Below are positions 23,882 through 37,300 of a DNA stretch of 64,000 nucleotides, in pieces; position 1 is the first letter of the stretch, and each line of letters begins with the position of its first letter. The position numbers and the translations under genes are program-made. The notes under the pieces were generated by a model. The model made no database searches, was not told where the DNA came from, and worked only from the letters and a program-made list of their open reading frames with translations. Source of the DNA: Macrostomum lignano (taxonomy: Eukaryota); NCBI GenBank assembly GCA_002269645.1, contig NIVC01000690.1, positions 62,001-126,000 of the forward strand, in the 5' to 3' direction.

Positions 23882-26414
23882 GACTTCCTGTACCCAAATT
23901 TCGACTGGCAGTAGAAGTTGCTGTAATCAAACAGAAAATTAATAAATGATTTCTTTTAAAAACTTGAGTAAAAGTACAGGCAGCTATTAATTGTTAAAAA
24001 AACATCCACATGCTTCCTTCTATCGGATTATACATGTACTGCCAGTACCAGTACATATTTTTGAATTATTGTGGGATTTAAACCTGTTGCTATCAGCAAC
24101 AACTGCTGGCGCAACAGATAGGTCATTTAGTGTATATTCATATTGCATGCATTCTAGCTTTTGACGAAAGCAGGTGCCCTCAAAATTAAAAAAATATTTG
24201 TACTTACCAAAATTTGCAAAATAAATTAAGAATGGCCTAATATCAAATTGTATGGTGCTTTTAAAGTTAAATTTTCAGAATTTTCTTAAGCGACAAGTAT
24301 CTCAGAAAAAGATTTTTAACTCATAAACTATTTCCTATGAAACAAACAGTAAATTCTCTTTTTTATTGATACTCTACACATAATATGACACAATAGTAAC
24401 AAAAAGAAAAGATTTTTGTTTGACTTCGAACTTATTAGCTACGAGTATACGTACAAATTTGACTGATTAAAGAAGCAGCGATTTATCGTGTACTATATCA
24501 CGTAGTCGTAGACTCACTAGTTTCACACGGAAATTTTTTTAAAGACTGAAAGAGAAACGAGTTTAATATTTAGCCTTTAGTCTAGTTTTTCTAGCTTAAT
24601 AGCCTATGGTTCTTAATACAGCTGATTCAGAATAACCTTAGGCTAGACGCCAAACTACTGTCTAGTCTAGGACTCTAGTAAAGTAGACTAGGCCTAGTAG
24701 ACCAAAATCAGTCTTTGTATTGTTTAGAGAACATATGGTTTATATGGTGTAATTGTGGATATGAATTCTGTGTTAATCCTTAAAATTATTTTTCTATTGA
24801 TTTTTAGACTTTAGTTTAAAACCTTTCAATCTTCTGTCTTAGAATTTACTTTTATTAATTCATAAATTAAATAGTGTTTCCTATCTATTTTCCCTACTAT
24901 ATAATGTATTTCATTTTTTCAAATTTTAATATGTAAGTTTTGCATAGACATTTTAAGTCATTAGCTAGCTAAGTAGATAAGCATATATTTATTGCTAGCT
25001 CTGCAAGTTAAAAGGGACCTAAAGGGTTAAGTAGTATTAGTATATAGCCAAATAGGCTAATATATTTAGCCTATTTTTAGCTATATACTTTAGATAGCCA
25101 TAGTTAGTATAAAACTCTAAAATTAGGGATCAAACCTTGCATACAAGGCCAGGGCATAGCCATGAATTTTCTTCGGGGCCATTTGTTTTTGCTCTTAGTT
25201 TCTAAACTTATGCTTAAAAAGTTGGGAAACACTATAAATTTTCATTTTTGTATATTATAAAATAATAAAATAAAATCTAAAAAATATTGACAGTAAATAT
25301 TTAAGTAAGAATTGTTTTAAGTATTCTATTTGTGCATGTCGGCCTATGCTTTGCTCTGCATATGTGCACTTTATTGTCATTATGTGATTGCCTTTTTTTC
25401 TAATATTTTTACTTTTCTATTGAAGTCTCAAGTCTATATATGGCACCAAGATGCACACCTAAAGGGCAGTTGCCTCCCTTCTTTGGTAGAGACTTAAAAA
25501 ATGAAATGGGGACAAAGTGCACTTTTGCCAAATCTTAGGGCTAGGCCTATCCCCTCTGCCCCCTTGGGTTTTTACCTTCTAGAATCTGCCCTCTCTTAAC
25601 AAATTTTTGGTTGCACCAATGCATGGCACTAGTGTAATCAGTTTACTGAAATATGAAAGTTTAAAAAGTTATAGGTCTCAAATTTTGGAGATTTGTGTCT
25701 AATATTCCAAAAAATATAAAAGCCCATTATAATGCAAATTTAAATTTGTTTTTAATAGTTATAGGGTTTAAAAGTTTATTTATTACTATTTTTGTGATTA
25801 TATTGTATATTTAAGATTTTAATTACATTGCCATATAGCTATATAGGCTTGAGACAGCTATTTACTTCTTATAAATTAATTTATTTGGCTTTTGTAATTC
25901 CTTAGTTTCAATTCCTAATTTAAATTTTTCTACCTTTTTGATTGAATTAGAAAAAAATATGTTCTATTATATTATATCACTTGTTTTTAGCCCCATATAG
26001 AGTTTAATATTGAACCTAAAACTTCTTTCTTGAAAATAAATTTGTTTAAAAAATGTAAGAGCATATACACAATTAACTTAATAGAGTATAAGTAGCTATA
26101 AAAGTTTAAAGAAGAAAGAAGTGCAATTCAGTTAAACATTGTGCACTTTTATAATGCTTGCAAATTGAGTAATAAAAGCTTACATGTAAGTATGCATTAG
26201 ATTCAAAAGTGCTCAGGTTCTAGAACTAGAAATGGATACTATAGACAGAATTAATATCAAATCGAATAGAAGGCATATAATAGTTGGTTGTCGCATTAAA
26301 TAAGATTCTGATATGTGCACGCTATTGACTTATCTAGTGTGCATTGTAATGCTCAAAATTGACTCTCAATATTTCATTATCGGTAACGAGTATCTGGTAT
26401 GCATGCTTAGACGG

Positions 26415-26997
26415 TCAAGCACATCCACCTTCCAATTCATTGTTATTATCCATTGGGTTCTCGGCACCAACTTGGGCAAGCAGTTCCTCTCGTCTGGCAC
26501 ACATTCGCTGAGTAGAAACTGGACCCTGCGTCAGAGAAACGTAGTGACGCAGTGCTTTGAAGGTGACGTCTTCGCTCAGAGCTGTTGGACCCAGCGCCAG
26601 CAACTGACGTAGCCGTTTTTGACCAAGCGCCCGGTTAAGCAGATTAATTAGCGTTCGTTCTGGCCCGCTAGACGTTGGTTCTGCGCAACAGCATTCTTGA
26701 ATCCACGCCAATGGAATAGCCATCTGGTAGCTGGTGTCAGTTGCCAGCAGGACCTTGTCCGGCTCACTTGGATCCTGCTTGGTGTGCTCCAGCCAGTCGC
26801 AGTTCCTGCTACCAGCATTCGAGTGTCGTTGGCTTGACCAGTCAAGTTGATCAGCTTGAATCTGGTTTAGTCGTCGGTTCAACTGCTCCAAGGTTGAATG
26901 AATCGGCGATATTGTGAATGTTAGAATGGCCGATAGTTGAGCAGTGTAGCGCTGGAAAAGTTCTTCAAGCATCGACTTGGTCAACGGTTGTTCCTGT

Positions 26998-27038
<41 letters not shown>

Positions 27039-28035
27039 CAAAAGCTGCTGCCTAGCCAACAATCCGTGATGCTGTTGAGTCTGCTGCGGTGCCGCTGCAG
27101 TTAAAAAGGCACCCAGCGAAACAGCAGCAGTCGGGGGCAGATGATTTGGTGTCGAGATCGTCGGTCTGAGGGTTACACTTGCCTGTTGCTGCTGCTGCTG
27201 CAACTGCTGGCACTGATTTTGCTGTGCTTGCGCCCTTGGAATCAGCGGGCGGGGGAGCACCATCTGCGGTGCGCGGCGCAGCAGCGGGATTGCGATAGTT
27301 GCACCTGTTGTCGCTGCGGCAGTTGTCGTTACAGTATGAAGCGATGGCTGCAGCGAAGTTTGCACAGGCTGTAGTTGAGGCTCTGAATCGTCTTTTTCTA
27401 CTGCTCCGTATTCGGCTTCAGTCTCGGTTGAATCGGCTTCCTCGCCGTCCTCGCCAGGCGGCGTCACCTCGTCGTCCACGTTGCTGGCTTGATCGTCCGC
27501 TTCACCAATAGTTGTCTCATCGCTAGCCGACGGCGTGACAAATGGACCGCCGAGATGTGCGGAAGTGGACGGATCGACGTCGATAGTGGTTGGCGTTGGC
27601 GATTTATCGGCCCGGCGGAGTCGCTTCCTATTACCCAGGCTGTGCTTGTAGAGCTCGGCAATTCGATCGCGATCTTTGATCCAGGTTGCCAGGGTGCTGG
27701 GTGGCAGGCGCATCTCTCGGATTATGGCCGACTTGGCCTCGCCGTTCTCGATCTGTTCTCGATTGGATATGCAAAACCAAATAAAATTTAGCTGGTAATT
27801 TATCATATTACAATATCTCAGTTTTTCATTGTTTCAAACTCACCCTACTAAGCGTGTGCATTTTTGTCTCGACATCGAAATAGACCCGTTTGTTCCTTAC
27901 AATCGCTCCGTTAGTCCGTCGCTGTTGAGCCGCGCTTTTAATTTTGATTCCACCTCCACTGTTTCCGCCGACCTCTTCATCTTTCGCTTCGAGAACTCCG
28001 TCGCCATTAGCAACAACCAACACACTGTTTTGCAT
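26415..28035 (-). CDS. CENP-B/pipsqueak-type HTH DNA-binding protein with acidic linker, polyQ, coiled coil and possible BEN-like C-terminal domain (509 aa; exons 28035-27844, 27752-26415)
   Basis: Splicing a 91-nt phase-0 GT-AG intron joins NKRVYFDVETKMHTLSR|IENGEAKSAIIREMRLPPSTLATWIKDRDRIAE...NRKRLR, which matches the HTH_psq N-terminus of Tigger/Jerky/CENP-B proteins. No DDE transposase domain follows. Confidence 0.8.
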
Positions 28036-29811
28036 GATTCTAGTCTGAAACTCGACTTAACCAATTTCAGCTGTATGCAGTTACAGACAGAAAAACTTGG
28101 TGGAGAGGGCGCGCGCGCTGCTGGTACGCGATGTATCGCCCCGAATAGGTTTCGTCGCTGCAAATCTGCTGGTTTTAGGCCCCGCTCCCCTCTTCCTCTC
28201 TCCCCTGTCTCTCTTCAGCTCGCTTGCTTCGCTAAACTGACTTGAGTCGATGTTCTTCCCCCCTCTGTCCCTCTCTCTGTCCATTGGCTCTGGAGGCCAA
28301 TGCAACGATGGACGGAGAAACTAAGCCTCCCGTTTTCTCTCCCTTTCTCTCCTCTCCCCTCGTAAGTCCGTCTCTCTCTCTCTCTATCCCTCAGCTACTC
28401 AACGTTCGTTCTATGTTTTCTTCCGTCACACTTATGCGCAGCGCTGCGTGGCCTGAACGAGCCTAAAGCAACGAAATAGAAATAGGAGGGGTTACTAGAA
28501 CGGGTATTGCCTGCTAGGGCCGAGATCGGGTTCAGTGCCTGGGAGTGTTTGGGGCGGGGGTGGGTACATCGTCGACTGAGAGAGGAGACTTTCCAAATCA
28601 ATGTGTGCCTCAACTGGCCCTCCCTGAGCCGGTAAAAGTCTCCCCTTTTGGCCCCGATATTTGCCTGTCCTCTCCCCTCTCCTTCTCGCTGTCTCTTTGC
28701 TCCTCGCTCTTCTCGTCTCCCTCCACTCGTCTCTGTTCCCTCTCTCTGTCCATTATTTTCTTCCCCTCATCTTGCCTCCGCGTCCTATAGAGACTGGTCG
28801 GTTGTCCATCCTGTTCTGCGATCCGCGCGCGCCATCAGCTCCGCAACTTAACGAATGAGCATGTTTACAGGGAAGATCTGATCCTCGTAGTTCCCAAAAC
28901 CGTTCTCTCTCTCTTCTCATTCTCTCCGTGTCCTGCTCACCGTCAAATAGAAGCATCGTTTCCTTCTTCAACGAATCAATTTTCTTCCTAGCTACTCACT
29001 TACTCGCTAACGGTTGCCTGTTTATCCGGTTTGCATGATGAACTTACAAGAAATTTACATTGCCTAAAATTTTTCAAAATCCAGTTTCACAACGCCTCAA
29101 CTTCCACGATTTTAGCGCTTCGTGAAATTTCTTTAGTCCAAATAAATCACGAAGTAGCTAAATCAAATTCACTTTGCATAGTGGTTAGCAAAGTTTTCTT
29201 GTGCCCAAAAACACCTGTTAGAAGGTATATTAAGCGTCACGTGTAGCGTAGCGGTATAAATGACATCGATATCAAAACAGTCCAAATTGAATTGGCTAGT
29301 TTCGACTTACACCAAGAAACTGAGTTATGAATTACTATATGTAACAGAGTTCATGGAAAGTGCATTGCTTGTAAAATCTTCTAATGATAACGAGTTAGTT
29401 CGAAAACGTTCTACGAGTGTATGTTAAACTTTCAAGCTGCGTGCGTGCACACAATCTGTGATCTTTGAGCGTCACTAGGTACGTAGCTGAGGCCTTCGTT
29501 GACCCCTAATGGTTTTGTACGGTGGTACCACTTCTAACTTAAGATTTGGACTTTCAATTCATATGAGCCTGTTTCTATTTGGCTTTGTACGAACTTTGAT
29601 ATTCAATTAAAATTTTAAGCGCCGTTGGCATAAATGCTACTTAAAATTCGAAGTTTACCAGTAGTATAGTATGAAAAACTACGAGCGTATATTCAAGTTT
29701 AGCGAGAAGCTTTTGGCAAAAAATGAGTTCGCGTTTAAACTATCAATGAGTTCCTGCGTTGAATGCAGTTTTAAATTGGACAATGCTTTTTAAACCGGAA
29801 TTCTGTAACCG

Positions 29812-30836
29812 GTAATTGATGAGAAACATCATAATCTAGGCACAGAAGCATGAGTAACTGATGAGAAACATGAGAATCTAGGCACAGAAGCATGAGTAAC
29901 TGATGAGAAACATCAGAATCTAGGCACAGAAGCATGAGTAACTGATGAGAAACATCAGAATCTAGGCACAGAAGCATGAGTAAGTGATGAGAAACATCAG
30001 AATCTAGGCACAGAAGCATGAGTAACTGATGAGAAACATGAGAATCTAGGCACAGAAGCATGAGTAACTGATGAGAAACATCAGAATCTAGGCACAGAAG
30101 CATGAGTAACTGATGAGAAACATGAGAATCTAAGTACAGAAGCATAAGTAAGTGATGAGAAACATCAGAATCTAGGCACAGAAGCATGAGTAACTGATGA
30201 GAAACATGAGAATCTAGGCACAGAAGCATGAGTAAGTGATGAGAAACATCAGAATCTAGGCACAGAAGCATGAGTAAGTGATGAGAAACATCAGAATCTA
30301 GGCACAGAAGCATGAGTAAGTGATGAGAAACATCAGAATCTAGGCACAGAAGCATGAGTAACTGATGAGAAACATGAGAATCTAGGCACAGAAGCATGAG
30401 TAAGTGATGAGAAACATCAGAATCTAGGCACAGAAGCATGAGTAACTGATGAGAAACATGAGAATCTAGGCACAGAAGCATGAGTAAGTGATGAGAAACA
30501 TCAGAATCTAGGCACAGAAGCATGAGTAAGTGATGAGAAACATGAGAATCTAAGTACAGAAGCATGAGTAACTGATGAGAAACATGAGAATCTAAGTACA
30601 GAAGCATGAGTAACTGATGAGAAACATGAGAATCTAAGTACAGAAGCATGAGTAACTGATGAGAAACATGAGAATCTAAGTACAGAAGCATGAGTAACTG
30701 ATGAGAAACATGAGAATCTAAGTACAGAAGCATGAGTAACTGATGAGAAACATGAGAATCTAAGTACAGATGCATTGCTAATTGATGAGAAACATCAGAA
30801 TCTAGGCACAGAAGCATGAGTAATTGATGAGAAACT
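29812..30836. repeat. 42-bp minisatellite (GAATCTAGGCACAGAAGCATGAGTAACTGATGAGAAACATCA), about 24 copies
   Basis: Tandem array; source of the 14-aa-period ORF on the minus strand. Confidence 0.95.
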
Positions 30837-31365
30837 AGAGAAACTATAGGCCGAGAAGCGTTAGTAATTTATAAATAATGAGGTACAAACACTGCAGGAG
30901 TCACAGTTTTAGTTTTTTTGCGTTTTTTTTAATTTGCAATTAGCATTAAAATTTAAGTTTCAATTGAATGCCAGGCCGGCTACATATACCTGACTGCATA
31001 AAATAGAACCGTTTGTTAAATGTGGCAGCCAGTGTAATATATAGCAGAATCGTTCCATTTCTCTTCAAATTGCTGAGTAACCCTCCGTCCATGACAAGAA
31101 AGTCAACTACTGGTCTTCGAGTATTAGACTGTGCATCCTAATCTATATAGCATATTATATCTTATCGCACTCTTAAGAAGCGAACTAGTTTGCAAATTTT
31201 TCTTTAAAATAAAACTGCGCCTTGCAAGCAGAGGCCAGATCGAACTTGAAGAAGATTTCATTATACCTTAGAATACGTTCGACCCAAAGAACCCAATATA
31301 GTGCCTTAATTAATAATAATATCAGTATTAGTCTCTATATAAAGTTCTACAGTTAAGAAAGCAGA

Positions 31366-34300
31366 ATGGACAGCAGTTCAGTACAGACATTAGGCGCTGG
31401 TGCAGCAGCCGTGCTGGTTGGCACTCTGTTTTATCGTTGGCTGTCATATCCCAGCAGACAGTTCGGCCCGACGCCTCTGCTAAGTGTGCTTGAGGATCGG
31501 CAACAGTCCAGGTTGCTTTCGGTAAGGTGTTTCGCAATTTGTTGTGTTTGTTCTTCTCAGTTACATTTATAAGCGTTTTATTTTAATTATTGATTTTAGG
31601 ATGCTGTCAGTGTCTTGGGCACGCAGTGACGGGCACACATTCCGTTAAAATCGGAGTTAAGCAGTTTTTAAATAGTTTTTTAACCTATCTTGTTGATAAA
31701 TAAGCGTTTGTGATGCTTTGGGAATCTGATCGCTTGGGGTTGGGAGTGTAATATCTTTGGAATGCAAAGTCTTGGGAATGTAATGTCTTTAAGAATGCGA
31801 TGTCTCGAAAATGTGACGCTTTTGGAATATGGATAATGTCTACGAGTATAATGTCATAAGAATGTGATGTCTTGTTAAAGTGACTTCGTATAGGAATGTA
31901 ATGTCTAAAGCCTGACAACACAAACATTGCATCATAACTGAACCATGTGAGGGTTTTACGACTGGGGTGTTTTGTGAATTTGAAGTTTTTTTAGATTGGG
32001 AATGTTTATGTAATGTTTTGGATGTGATATCTTAAAATGTTGCGCTAATTATTGCTTGAGCAAATTTTCATTATGATTTGGCAAATAGCTGTCGTGGTTT
32101 TCACAGAAGACACAATTATGTTGATGTGGTTCATGGAACGGAATTAAAAAAATTGAATTAACTACATGGAGCTTCTGTCTGATCTCAGCCTTGACATTTC
32201 AGCAATCCCCCCGTAAGCCTAGATATCTCAGCAATCCCTCCGTAAGCCTTGACAGCACAGCAACCCCCCCCCCCCGAAAGTCTTGATATCTCAGCAGTTC
32301 CCCCGTAAGCCTTGACATCTCAGCAACCCCCCCCCCCCGAAAGTCTTGATATCTCAGCAGTCCCCCCCCCTGTAAGCCTTGACATCTCAGCAACCCCCCC
32401 CCCCGAAAGTCTTGATATCTCAGCAGTCCCCCCCCTGTAAGCCTTGACATCTCAGCAACCCCCCCCCCCGAAAGTCTTGATATCTCAGCAGTCCCCCCCC
32501 CCCTGTAAGCCTTGACATCTCAGCAACCCCCCCCCCGAAAGTCTTGATATCTCAGCAGTCCCCCCCCCCTGTAAGCCTTGACATCTCAGGAATCCCCCCG
32601 TATTCTCAGTTGCAAAATTTCGGTCAGAAGCACAGTATCTTATTTCAGACTGCCCCGCCCCGTCACAGAATGCATGCCATGAACAAAACAGTAGCTATCT
32701 TTTGCAATTGCAATGTTCGTAAAACTTAGAAGCACTCAGACAAGTTTTGCTGGGCGTGGGCATGGGCACTTCTTTCTATTTTACGAGTACTTTCCTACGT
32801 TTAGCCATCAGCGCTCGTTGTTTTCAGTGCTGGGAAATCTTTTTTCCAAGTAATTTTTGCAGATCATTTCTCTACAATCGTTTTACTTCTTTCTTTAGCT
32901 TCCGAAACAAATGCGCTTCGTTTTTAAAAGCTTCTAGAAAAGTAGTCGTAGACAAGAAAAAAGAGAGAAGAGAAGCCGTATTTTCTTACTCTCAGGTCAG
33001 GACCAAGCTACCAGGCCGGACTCGCTTCCATTAAACAATTTAGCAGCCACTGGTTTCGAGTCTACGACATTCGTTTCATTTTTTGGCTGTGTTGAGGAGG
33101 CCACGGCGCAAGCGGTTTGGGTGAGGTCTGAGGGTGCAGAGCTTGGGGTGGGTGGGGTGGGGGTTGTGCGTGCCCTGTGGGGGGGGGGTTGTGCGTGCCC
33201 TGTGGGGGGGGGGTTGTGCGTGCGCTGCGGGGGTGAGGCGCTGCGGGGCGCGGCGGAGTCTAAAACTAAAACCAGAACTAAATAAAGGCTGACGTAGACA
33301 AAATCTGGTAAGGGCCAGATTTGGAAAGACTTGGATGTACATCCACGCTTTGCTAGAGTGTACATTGGCTTTATTTATCTGGGATAGAGGGAGAGAGATG
33401 TGAATGAACAGTGTTGTAGAACGATAAATAGCAGCAGCCCTTATTCTACGAACTTGCTTAACATTTTCACCCCCTCTCTAGAGGCTCGCCCTCTATATTA
33501 ATTGTTCAGTAATTTAACAACAGCTTTAATTTTTTTAAAACCAAACGAACAAAAGATTCTTCCACTAAAGTCTATACTAATATACTGATAAATGGGTAAT
33601 CAAAGTTCAACAGGACAATATTCTCCCAGCGGAGATGGAAATAACAATAAGTCTGGAACAATGCGCCAATCCAAGTCTGGCACATTGGTATTTACACGTT
33701 ACGAAACTCAATCTACTCTCTTACCTGTAAGTACTTTAGTATAATATATAATATGCCTTTAATCTAAATGTAAATGAAAGCTCTAGTTAATAATACGCGT
33801 AGGTCAAGTCTGAAAACTGAACTGAAAGAGACCATTTATTCTCGCGAGTCTTGATTCTTATCTCTGCGCTTTAGTTTGAAGTTCGAATTCAAAACGGCCG
33901 AACTAAATATGATTAGACCTTATGCGCACATATATACTATAGGCATAAGTGACGTGCGTGCCTCTAATTTTAGAATGAGCTACAACTACAACTACAACTA
34001 GCTAAAGGTCAAAAGTTACGTTAAAAGTCTTGAAATATTGCCAAGTCACGACTGAGGGACCAGCAGAGCAGATTAGTCATTAAAAAATCCAAATGAACAA
34101 AACATGCATTCTGGTTCTGGCACTGGCACTAGCCATCTATCGTAAATATCTACTTATTATGCTAAAAATAGACCTTATAGCGTAACTAACTTTTATTTAT
34201 AACAAATGCAAATTTTCTAACGCGAAACCAAAACTCGTACTATTTAAGCAACAGCCCAAGAGTGACTTAGTAATAGCGCCATCATGTGACTTTTCTTATG

Positions 34301-37300
34301 CATTCCAGCACACTACAGGTTTCTATTGTATGATGTTTTTATTTATAAATTATAACAGCTTGGGTTGTAGGCAAAATGGGTTTTGAAAAGCATGATATAC
34401 AAATTTGTTGATGTCACATGATATTCTGCAAGGAGTGAGACTCTCTGAGGGGTGAGATTCTAGAGCCTCTTAGGGGTGAGATTCTAGAGCCGCTTGTCTC
34501 TTTTAGGGGTGAGATTCTGGGGCCGCTTGTCTCTTTTAGGGGTGAGATTCTGGGGCCGCTTGTCTCTCTTGGGGTGAGATTCTGGGGTCGCTTGTTTCTG
34601 TTAGGGGTGAGATTCTGGGGCCGCTTGTCTCTCTGAGGGGTGAGATTCTAGAGCCGCTTGTCTCTTTTAGGGGTGAGATTCTAGAGCCGCTTGTCTCTTT
34701 TAGGGGTGAGATTCTAGAGCCGCTTGTCTCTTTTAGGGGTGAGATTCTAGAGCCGCTTGTCTCTTTTAGGGGTGAGATTCTGGGGCCGCTTGTCTCTGTT
34801 AGGGGTGAGATTCTAGAGCCGCTTGTCTCTTTTAGGGGTGAGATTCTGGGGCCGCTTGTCTCTGTTAGGGGTGAGATTCTGGGGCCGCTTGTCTCTGAGG
34901 GGTGAGATTCTAGAGCCGGTTTTTTTAGGGTGAGATTCTAGGGCCGCTTCTCTCTCTAAGTGGTGAGATTCGTAAACTCGTGAGAGTCTATATATTCTGT
35001 TTTTTCATGCCCAACAAACTGTAAAGTCCGCTTTATACTACTCACAAGCTACTCGCACTCACTCACCCACCTGTTCAGGACGGCTCTCGATGCTGGCCAT
35101 TCTCGGACTCGACCGAGATTATCGAGTACTGCTACGAAGAGGCCAAAACTTTGCACGACGGGTTCCTTCGCGGCATCCGCCAGTCGAAAAATGGACCCTG
35201 CTTGGGTACTCGGGTTGGCGAAGGCCCATACGAGTGGCTGACCTACCAGCAGGTGTATGATCAGGCTAGGGAGCTGGGCAGCGCGCTGACAGGTCGGCTG
35301 GGCTTGTCTCGCGGTGAATTTGTTGGAGTCTATTCGCAAAACCGAGCTGAATGGGTGCTGACTGAAGTGGCTTGCAATCAGTTCTCACTGGTGCTCGTGC
35401 CGCTGTATGACACCCTGGGCACTGAGGCGTGCAGTCACATCCTCAGCCAGACCAGCTCGAGTGTTGTTGTTGTCGACTCAGAAGCCAAGGCTAGGAATCT
35501 GTTGCAGTGCAAAGCTGAGGCGCCATCGTTTCGACATGTGGTGCTGATGGGGATTGACTCCCCTAAACCGGAGCTGGTCAAAGAGGCTCAGGAGGCTGGG
35601 GTGGAGCTGCACGCTTGGTCTGAGCTTGTGAGCTGGGGTAGAGAGAATCTCGCCGAGGTGAACCCGCCTGCGCCTGACGATTTGGCTACTCTGTGCTACA
35701 CTAGCGGCACTACTGGTGAGCTTGTCTACCGATATGTATCGCTTAATTCATGTATTCGTGTATTAATCATGCGTTGACTAATCATGATTATCACTCAAAT
35801 TTAAAACTCTCACAAACTCGAAAGTTCACTCAAACTCGAAGCTTCACTCAAACTCGAAGCTTCACTCAAACTCTAAGCTTCACTCAAACTCGAAGCTTCA
35901 CTCAAACTCGAAGCTTCACTCAAACTCAAAGCTTCACTCAAACTCAAAGCTTCACTCAAACTCAAAGCTTCACTCAAACTCGAAGCTTCACTCAAACTCG
36001 AAGCTTCACTCAAACTCAAAGCTTCACTCAAACTCAAAGCTTCACTCAAACTCAAAGCTTCACTCAAACTCGAAGCTTCACTCAAACTCGAAGCTTTACT
36101 CAAACTTAAAGCTTTCACTTAAACTCGAAGCTCCACTCAAACTCGAAGCTTCACTCAAACTCGAAGCTTAACTCAAACTCGAAGCTTCACTCAAACTCGA
36201 AGCTTCACTCAAACTCGAAGCTTCACTCAAACTCGAAGCTTCACTCAAACTCAAAGCTTCACTCAAACTCGAAGCTTCACTCAAACTCGAAGCTTCACTC
36301 AAACTCAAAGCTTCACTCAAACTCAAAGCTTCACTCAAACTCAAAGCTTCACTCAAACTCGAAGCTTCACTCAAACTTAAAGCTCCACTCAAACTCAAAG
36401 CTTCACTCAAACTCAAAGCTTCACTCAAACTCGAAGCTTCACTCAAACTCGAAGCTTTACTCAAACTTAAAGCTTTCACTTAAACTCGAAGCTCCACTCA
36501 AACTCGAAGCTTCACTCAAACTCGAAGCTTAACTCAAACTCGAAGCTTCACTCAAACTCGAAGCTTCACTCAAACTCGAAGCTTTACTCAAACTTAAAGC
36601 TTTCACTTAAACTCGAAGCTTCACTCAAACTCGAAGCTTAACTCAAACTCGAAGCTTCACTCAAACTCAAAGCTCCACTCAAACTCAAAGCTTCACTCAA
36701 ACTCAAAGCTTCACTCAAACTCAAAGCTTCACTCAAACTCAAAGCTCCACTCAAACTCAAAGCTTCACTCAAACTCAAAGCTCCACTCAAACTCAAAGCT
36801 TCACTCAAACTCAAAGCTTCACTCAAACTCAAAGCTTCACTCAAACTCGAAGCTTCACTCAAACTCGAAGCTTCACTCAAACTCAAAGCTTCACTCAAAC
36901 TCAAAGCTTCACTCAAACTCGAAGCTTCACTCAAACTCGAAGCTTTACTCAAACTTAAAGCTTTCACTTAAACTCAAAGCTTCACTCAAACTCGAAGCTT
37001 CACTCAAACTCGAAGCTTTACTCAAACTTAAAGCTTTCACTCAAACTCGAAGCTTCACTCAAACTCGAAGCTTCACTCAAACTCGAAGCTTTCACACAAA
37101 CTCGAAGCTTCACTCAAACTCGAAGCTTTACTCAAACTTAAAGCTTTCACTCAAACTCAAAGCTTCACTCAAACTCAAAGCTTCACTCAAACTCGAAGCT
37201 TCACTCAAACTCGAAGCTTCACTCAAACTCGAAGCTTCACTCAAACTCGAAGCTTTACTCAAACTCGAAGCTTTACTCAAACTCGAAGCTTCACTCAAAC

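Noticed and set aside
29812-30836. CTGATGA followed by GAAAC in each 42-bp unit, resembling a hammerhead ribozyme core
   Set aside because: There is no stem II between the motifs and I could not form stems I and III around a GUH site, within or between units.
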